Part shown: positions 58,601 to 64,000 of the stretch, one piece after another
Layout: each line of letters starts with the position of its first letter
Position numbering within the stretch: position 1 is the stretch's first letter
Assembly (NCBI GenBank): GCA_963674965.2
Contig: CAXXFL010000006.1
Location: forward strand, 128,001-192,000
Reading direction: 5' to 3'
Origin: a bacterium
GTDB lineage: Bacteria; RBG-13-61-14; DATKZS01
Length of the DNA: 64,000 nt
Notes under the pieces: model-generated
Told to the model about the DNA's origin: nothing
Seen by the model: only the letters and a program-made list of their open reading frames with translations
Database searches by the model: none
Program-made: the position numbers and the translations under genes

Positions 58601-60730
58601 TCACTGGATATAGCCCAGGGCCTTAAGCTGCTTGACCATTTGCGGAGACAGGTTCTGCTCCTCCGGGACGGTATAGGGCGTCTCGTCCATCCAGGCCTTG
58701 AGCTTGGCCTCCATTTCCATGGCCAGGCCGGGGTCCTTCGAGATCAGGTCGTCCTCCTCGTTCCAGTCGGCTTCCAGGTCGTATAGCTCGGAGGGATAGT
58801 CTCCGCCGAAGGTCTGCATGAATTTTTTGCCGTCCTCCACCAGGGCGTACTGGGGAAGCGACAAATAGGGGCGAGGAGGGTCCTCCCGATGCGTGGGCAG
58901 CATGCACCGGTCCATGACGGCCCGGCCTTTTCTTTGTCCTCCCTCGATCAGGGCCCGAAGGCTCGAGCCCTGTGAGGGAAGGTCCTTGACGCCGAGAACG
59001 TAATCGTACACGGTGGGGGCCACGTCAACCGCGCTGACCACGTCGTCCACCTCGAGGCCGCCGGGCAACTGGCCGCTCTTGGTATCTCGGCCATAGGATA
59101 CGATCAGGGGCACGTGGACGATGGCGTTATACAGGAGTCCGCCGTGGCCGTAGGCGTAACGGACGGGTCTGTCCTGGTAGTCGGCGAGGGACTCTCCGTG
59201 GTCCGCGATGACCACGTACAAATTGGGCGACTGGGGCCTGGGCTCGAGGGCCTCGGCGTACTCGAGGAGCTTTCCCACGTAGTAGTCGGTATAGAAGATT
59301 TCCCCGTCGTAAAGGTCTATCCGGTCCTGGATTTCCTCCGGGCTATAACCTTTCTGGCCGGGCTCGAGGAAGCCGTTTCCACCCAGGGCCCTGGGAAATT
59401 TCTTGCTCGTAAACTTCTCGGTAAAGCCCTTGTGCGGCATGTAGGGCATATGGGGGTCGAAAAAGTGGACCCAGATAAACAGGTCACGGTCCCGGTATTT
59501 CCTGAGCTGGTTGGCCGCCCGCCTGAAGGCGTCCCGCGCCGAGGTCTGGTCGGCCCGAAAGGCGGTCCTCGCCCCGGCCTCGGGGTCGCGAAACCAGGTC
59601 ATGGCGCCGCTCGACTCGTCGAAGCCCTCGATGCCCATGTCGAAAGGCATCAGCCTCGGCCTCGAGGTGACGGCCGAGGTGGTGAAGCCTCGCTCGCCCA
59701 GTATCTCGGCCATGGACTTGACGTTGCCCGTCACCTTCTGGAAGAGCCGGGCCAGGCCGTGGGTCCTGGGGTAATAGCCGGTCAAGATCGAGGCGTGGGA
59801 CGGGTCGGTTACGCCCATGGGACAAAAGGACTTTTTAAACAATACGCCCGAGGCCGCCAGCGCGTCCAGGTTGGGACTGGTCTTCCTTTCATAGCCGTAG
59901 CAGGAAAGATGGTCGGCCCGGACCGTGTCCAGGGTGATGAGTATCACCCGGTTCCTGACCGGGGCCTTGGGGTTGGACGCCGAATAATCCGAATAATAAC
60001 CCAAAACAGAAGCGGCCAGGGCGATGAGGATCGACGCGTACGTCGAGTAGCGCCGGAATTTTCCCGCGCCGCCGGGCGCGTTCCACTTGGCCAGGATCAG
60101 CCACCACAGCGCCGCGCCCGCTACCAGCCCGATACCAACGTGACGGAACATAGGCTCCGTGATGAATGAATCGACCTGCCTGAGAGGAAACGTGACCAGG
60201 GCCGACGCGATCAATAGATACGCCGACTGCCGCGCCGCGGCGATCGCCTTCTCATCAATAATGGACCCGACCCGCCCGGACAATAAATCGAAGGCCATCC
60301 AGAAGCCGTAATGAAGGCCCCCCGAGATGACCGAGCAAAGAATGGTCAAGGCCAGTCTGGTCCCGAGCCCGGGCACGAGGTAGTAATAGTGAATGGAGAA
60401 TATCACCCCGGCGGTCGCGCCGGCGGCCACGCCCAGTCCCGCCCACCTCCGACCCGGATCGTCCAGGTCCAGGCAGGCCAGGGCCGCAAGGCCGCGGGCT
60501 TTCCCGATGATAAAGGCCAGGAAGGTCGAGGGCTCGCGCCGTACGGCGTCTCTTGCGACCCAAAGTCCCGTGCCGATCCACCAGGGCTTGATCCACTCGC
60601 TAAGAGATATCTTGATCCCCGCCACCACCCATTTGTGATCTCCCGTGAACCAGACGGCCATGGCGGAGAAAAAGAAAAAAAGACCCAGAAGCCTGAGTAT
60701 TATTCCCGCGACTTTTCTTGTTTTATTCAT
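58601..60730 (-). CDS. Membrane-anchored sulfatase-like hydrolase/transferase
   Basis: N-terminal TMs, ITLDTVRADHL, TDPSHASILTG, WVHFFDPHMPY, YDGEI, ADHGE, ELYDL, LKALGYI. Confidence 0.88.
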   Translation of the reverse strand: MNKTRKVAGIILRLLGLFFFFSAMAVWFTGDHKWVVAGIKISLSEWIKPWWIGTGLWVARDAVRREPSTFLAFIIGKARGLAALACLDLDDPGRRWAGLGVAAGATAGVIFSIHYYYLVPGLGTRLALTILCSVISGGLHYGFWMAFDLLSGRVGSIIDEKAIAAARQSAYLLIASALVTFPLRQVDSFITEPMFRHVGIGLVAGAALWWLILAKWNAPGGAGKFRRYSTYASILIALAASVLGYYSDYSASNPKAPVRNRVILITLDTVRADHLSCYGYERKTSPNLDALAASGVLFKKSFCPMGVTDPSHASILTGYYPRTHGLARLFQKVTGNVKSMAEILGERGFTTSAVTSRPRLMPFDMGIEGFDESSGAMTWFRDPEAGARTAFRADQTSARDAFRRAANQLRKYRDRDLFIWVHFFDPHMPYMPHKGFTEKFTSKKFPRALGGNGFLEPGQKGYSPEEIQDRIDLYDGEIFYTDYYVGKLLEYAEALEPRPQSPNLYVVIADHGESLADYQDRPVRYAYGHGGLLYNAIVHVPLIVSYGRDTKSGQLPGGLEVDDVVSAVDVAPTVYDYVLGVKDLPSQGSSLRALIEGGQRKGRAVMDRCMLPTHREDPPRPYLSLPQYALVEDGKKFMQTFGGDYPSELYDLEADWNEEDDLISKDPGLAMEMEAKLKAWMDETPYTVPEEQNLSPQMVKQLKALGYIQ

Positions 60731-60838
60731 CTCGTTAAAAAGGCGGAACCGGTTTTACTCGTCCCGCCGATTAAAAATTTAACACTCGATTCGGGCAATT
60801 ATCAAGCGAGCGCCCGAGCAAGGCCGGGAAAAGCCACG

Positions 60839-62485
60839 CTACTTATCGAACTCCGACTCGGAGAAGACGATGGCCTGGAACCTCTCGAGGACCGCGTCGT
60901 CTCTTTTCCAGCAGTTCGGGTCCATTACCCCGGCCTTGCGGCATAAATTGGAAAGGTAGGCGTCATGGTCCCAGCCCTGCTCGATGGGCACCTGGGGCAG
61001 GAACACGCCCCTGGCCCGGCCCAGCGTGATCAGGACCCCGTCACGGCCCACCTTCACCTCCTCCGGGCTTTGGCATCTCTCGATAGGAGTCAGCACCGAT
61101 ATCTCTATCTCCAGCTTCTTAAGGTCCTCGGGCGTAAGGGGATGCATGAAGAAGCGGGCGTCGTGAATGGCCGCGTCCACCGCGCGTCGCTGAACGCAAA
61201 GATAAAGAGGCTCGTTCGGTATGATAGTGCCGATGCAGCCCCTCAAGTCGCCCTCGGTCTTGAGCGTCACGAAGGCGGCCCCGATCGAGCGAAGGGACTC
61301 GCTTTTAGTTTCCATGGTTGGAAGGTCTACTCTTTTTACGGCGGCCTCGGCGAAGGCCCGGGCCATCTCGAGTAACTCCTTTTTCTCTTCGCCCGTTAAG
61401 TGAAAGCCTTTTGGGGACGGAGCGCTCGCGTCGCTCGCGGGACCAGGCGCGGCTTCACTTTTGTCTTCTTCATCCAGGATAAAAGCCGCCGCCCCGTAGC
61501 CAACCACCCTCGAGCGGTCTCCGGTGGCGTCCCCACTGTCGGCGTAGTGCAGCGTTTTGACCACTCTTCCCCCTCTCTCCTTGAAAAGACGCATGAGGGT
61601 CACCACGGGCAGGCCGCCGCAAATGGGACGGGTCCGGTCCTTCACGCCCCTGGCCACGGCCTCGACGTCCATGGACTCGATCGTCTCGAGGGTCTTAAGG
61701 TCCACGGGCTTCGTCTGCTCGGTCCCCTTATAGGGGGGATAATTGCCGTGGGACATGTCGGTCGAGGCGACGAATACCACGTCGTCGCCGGGAAAGGTCT
61801 CGTCAAGGACCTTGGCGAAATCGGCGGCCCGATCATCGGTGAGACCGCCCATCATCACCACGTTGATTTTGAGTCCGGGGCCGGCGACCGTTTGGATAAA
61901 GGGAATCTGGACCTCGAGCGAATGTTCCTGGCTATAGAAACGGTCGTCCGAGACGATCCAGTCGCGTGAGGCAACGAGCTTTTTGGCCGCCTCCCGGTCC
62001 ATCTCGACCTCGCCCAGAGGAGTGCGGTAGGCGTCCTTGTCCAGCACGAAGACCCCCTCGAGGGGGGAGCGGTGGGAAGGGCCGAGGATGACGAAGCGGG
62101 AGGGACGAGCCGGGACCAGGGCCTTATAGGCGTAAGCCGCCACCGGGCCGGAATAGCGGTATCCAGCGTGAGGGACCATGATCCCGAACACGCGTCCCTT
62201 TATTTCGGGCGCGGGAGCCAGGTCGAGGAAGCCCTTGATCATGGAGCCAAGCTCATCGGGGCCGGCGGGATAAAAAGAACCCGCCACGATGGGAGACTGC
62301 ACCGTCCTGGCGGTGGGAGCTTTTTCCGGTTTCGAGGTCACGGCGGGCGCCTTGGCTTCCATGGCCCGAGAGCTTTCTCCTACGCGTTCCTTGTCCTTGC
62401 ACCCCCCGGGACCGACAAGGGTAGCCAAAAGAAATATCGAGACGATGCCAAACGGTACTTTCTTTGTCATCGATCGAGAGATCAT
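60839..62485 (-). CDS. amrB: AmmeMemoRadiSam protein B (MEMO1) - protein A (AMMECR1) fusion with signal peptide
   Basis: VAGSFYP, PHAGYRYSG, GPSH, EHSLEVQIPF, STDMSH, ICG, VVGY; then AFVTL, LRGCIG, DARF, EISVLT, GVFLPQV, LCRKAG. Confidence 0.92.
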   Translation of the reverse strand: MISRSMTKKVPFGIVSIFLLATLVGPGGCKDKERVGESSRAMEAKAPAVTSKPEKAPTARTVQSPIVAGSFYPAGPDELGSMIKGFLDLAPAPEIKGRVFGIMVPHAGYRYSGPVAAYAYKALVPARPSRFVILGPSHRSPLEGVFVLDKDAYRTPLGEVEMDREAAKKLVASRDWIVSDDRFYSQEHSLEVQIPFIQTVAGPGLKINVVMMGGLTDDRAADFAKVLDETFPGDDVVFVASTDMSHGNYPPYKGTEQTKPVDLKTLETIESMDVEAVARGVKDRTRPICGGLPVVTLMRLFKERGGRVVKTLHYADSGDATGDRSRVVGYGAAAFILDEEDKSEAAPGPASDASAPSPKGFHLTGEEKKELLEMARAFAEAAVKRVDLPTMETKSESLRSIGAAFVTLKTEGDLRGCIGTIIPNEPLYLCVQRRAVDAAIHDARFFMHPLTPEDLKKLEIEISVLTPIERCQSPEEVKVGRDGVLITLGRARGVFLPQVPIEQGWDHDAYLSNLCRKAGVMDPNCWKRDDAVLERFQAIVFSESEFDK

Positions 62486-62682
62486 GCCTCATCCTCCTTG
62501 CCCGGCTCCAGGCGCTCGTAATGGTCGGCCTCCACGAAGGAAACGGTGGAGACGGGCCCCTTCGGAAAGGAGGCCATGTCGGCCGCGATCCCCAAAAGCC
62601 CGACGGCCGTCGCCGCGAAGCCCCTGCGGGACCACCTAAGCCGGCATTTTTCCCCGGAGCCTTCCTTGCGTTTCTTTTCCAT
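62482..62682 (-). CDS. Small protein with twin-arginine-like signal (SRRGF) and EADHYERL motif
   Basis: Fills the amrS-amrB gap exactly: starts 1 nt after the amrS stop and overlaps amrB by ATGA. Confidence 0.65.
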   Translation of the reverse strand: MEKKRKEGSGEKCRLRWSRRGFAATAVGLLGIAADMASFPKGPVSTVSFVEADHYERLEPGKEDEA

Positions 62683-62683
62683 G

Positions 62684-63673
62684 TCAATTCCACCTTCCAG
62701 CGGCCGCCTTTCCGCAATAAGGGCATCGGCCGTTTTTCAGGTTGTACTCGAGTATGGCGTATCCCATCCGTTTTATCAGGAGTTTCCCGCAGCCGGCGCA
62801 GTACGTGTCTCCTCCCCCGGGGACGTCGACGTTGCCGACGTACACGTGTTTCAATCCCTCGCCGAGCGCCGCGTCCCTGGCCTTGACCAGGAAGTCCTTG
62901 GGAGTGGGCGGAAGATCCATGAGCTTGTACTGGGGATGGAACCTCGAGAAGTGAAGAGGAGTTTCAACCCCGGTTTTTTCCGCGATCCAGGCGCACATCT
63001 TTTTGATCATGTCCAGGTCGTCGTTCAAGGTGGGCACGACCAGGTTGGTCAGTTCCACCCATACTCCCTCCTCGGCCATGACCTCGATGGCGCGGAGGAC
63101 CGGATCGAGCCGTCCCGAGCATATTGTCCGGTAATACTCGTCGCTCATGGCCTTTAAGTCCACGTTGGCCGCGTCGGCGTGGCGGCAGAGTTCCCGCAGG
63201 GGCTTCTCGTTGATGAAGCCGGCGGTGACGAGTATGTTTTTAACGCCTTTCTCGGAGGCCAGTTCCTGGCAGTCGCGGGTATACTCGAAAAAGGTGATGG
63301 GCTCGGAATAGGTATAGGCGATCGAGCGGCACCTCGAGCGCTGGGCCGCCTCGACGATTTTCTCGGGCGGGGCGTCGATGACCCGGCCGGGGTCGGCGTC
63401 CTCCGGGTTGAGTTGGCTTATGCTCCAGTTCTGGCAGAACTTGCAGTGCAGGTTGCAGCCCGCCGACGCCACGGAGAAGCACCTGGTCCCGGGAAGGAAA
63501 TGGAAGAGGGGTTTCTTCTCCACCGGATCGTAGGGATGGGCCGACAGGGGCTTGCCGTATACCAGGGTGACCAGTTTGCCCTTGTAATTCAGACGCGATC
63601 GGCAATCCCCCCGCTGGCCCGGGGAAAGGACGCACTCGCGCGGGCACAGAAGACACCTGACCTTGCCGCTCAT
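62684..63673 (-). CDS. amrS: AmmeMemoRadiSam system radical SAM enzyme
   Basis: CLLCPREC, DPVEKKPLFHFLPG, GCNLHCKFCQNW, AYTYSEP, ANVDLK, PLHFSRFHP, YVGNV, CAGC...CPYC. Confidence 0.95.
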   Translation of the reverse strand: MSGKVRCLLCPRECVLSPGQRGDCRSRLNYKGKLVTLVYGKPLSAHPYDPVEKKPLFHFLPGTRCFSVASAGCNLHCKFCQNWSISQLNPEDADPGRVIDAPPEKIVEAAQRSRCRSIAYTYSEPITFFEYTRDCQELASEKGVKNILVTAGFINEKPLRELCRHADAANVDLKAMSDEYYRTICSGRLDPVLRAIEVMAEEGVWVELTNLVVPTLNDDLDMIKKMCAWIAEKTGVETPLHFSRFHPQYKLMDLPPTPKDFLVKARDAALGEGLKHVYVGNVDVPGGGDTYCAGCGKLLIKRMGYAILEYNLKNGRCPYCGKAAAGRWN

Positions 63674-63978
63674 CGGCGGTCCTCCTTAACGGGCTCCCAG
63701 TGGTCCGCCTTGATGAGGCTCAGCCGCCCCTCCCGCTCGAGGGACTCGATCATCTCGATATCAACCTTTCCTCCCGAAGCGACGTCTAGTTCCTCGGGCG
63801 CGGTAAAGACCACGAGGAAGCCAAGAATAATAGCCGCCGCCAGGGCGAGAATAAATTTACAGTCGTCCGCTTTCAATCGGGCCCCCAAGAAAGATATATT
63901 AGCATTCATGGCGGGCGATACAATGGGCCGCTCGCGCTTGGGTGATTTCCGAGAAAAGAGACCGCCGGTCATATTCAA
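63670..63978 (-). CDS. Small single-TM protein ending in a KADHWEPV motif
   Basis: One TM helix; ATGA overlap with amrS. Start uncertain. Confidence 0.6.
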   Translation of the reverse strand: MNMTGGLFSRKSPKRERPIVSPAMNANISFLGARLKADDCKFILALAAAIILGFLVVFTAPEELDVASGGKVDIEMIESLEREGRLSLIKADHWEPVKEDRR

Positions 63979-64000
63979 ACGCCGCTTTCCGGGCTGGAAA

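Overview
GC-rich bacterial chromosomal window, probably from an anaerobic deltaproteobacterium-like organism (inferred from gene content). No rRNA, tRNA or CRISPR array was seen. From left to right it contains: (1) a yehLMPQ-like operon (MoxR AAA, DUF5682, two HEAT-repeat paralogs, VWA, SWIM), followed by an array of YfbM/DUF1877-like paralogs and a WD40 gene; (2) an acetylene-hydratase-like Mo/W-bisPGD enzyme between intact comM and a duplicated comM 3' fragment; (3) an operon for a GT-C-like membrane protein, a LolA-like protein, a MacA-like adaptor, a ParB-like protein and an SPL-like radical SAM enzyme; (4) an IS1380 remnant, MaoC, PIG-L, a MITE-like palindrome, an MCP and rsgA; (5) a 10-kb glycine betaine operon (corrinoid protein, two non-pyrrolysine MttB-family methyltransferases, a HyuA-like ATPase, DUF1638, a SAM-dependent sarcosine/dimethylglycine methyltransferase, ProVWX); (6) an IS701-like element that truncates a frameshifted gene; (7) asd preceded by a consensus promoter and a candidate leader-peptide attenuator; (8) SGNH hydrolase, acyltransferase, a large LVIVD-repeat surface protein, GMC oxidoreductase, NYN, HIT, a GT-C protein and a Thr-type sulfatase-like protein; (9) an AmmeMemoRadiSam locus with an apparently exported AmrB-AmrA fusion and two small coupled ORFs carrying the motif missing from the AmrS N-terminus. 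All family assignments come from motif recognition by eye; no searches were run.
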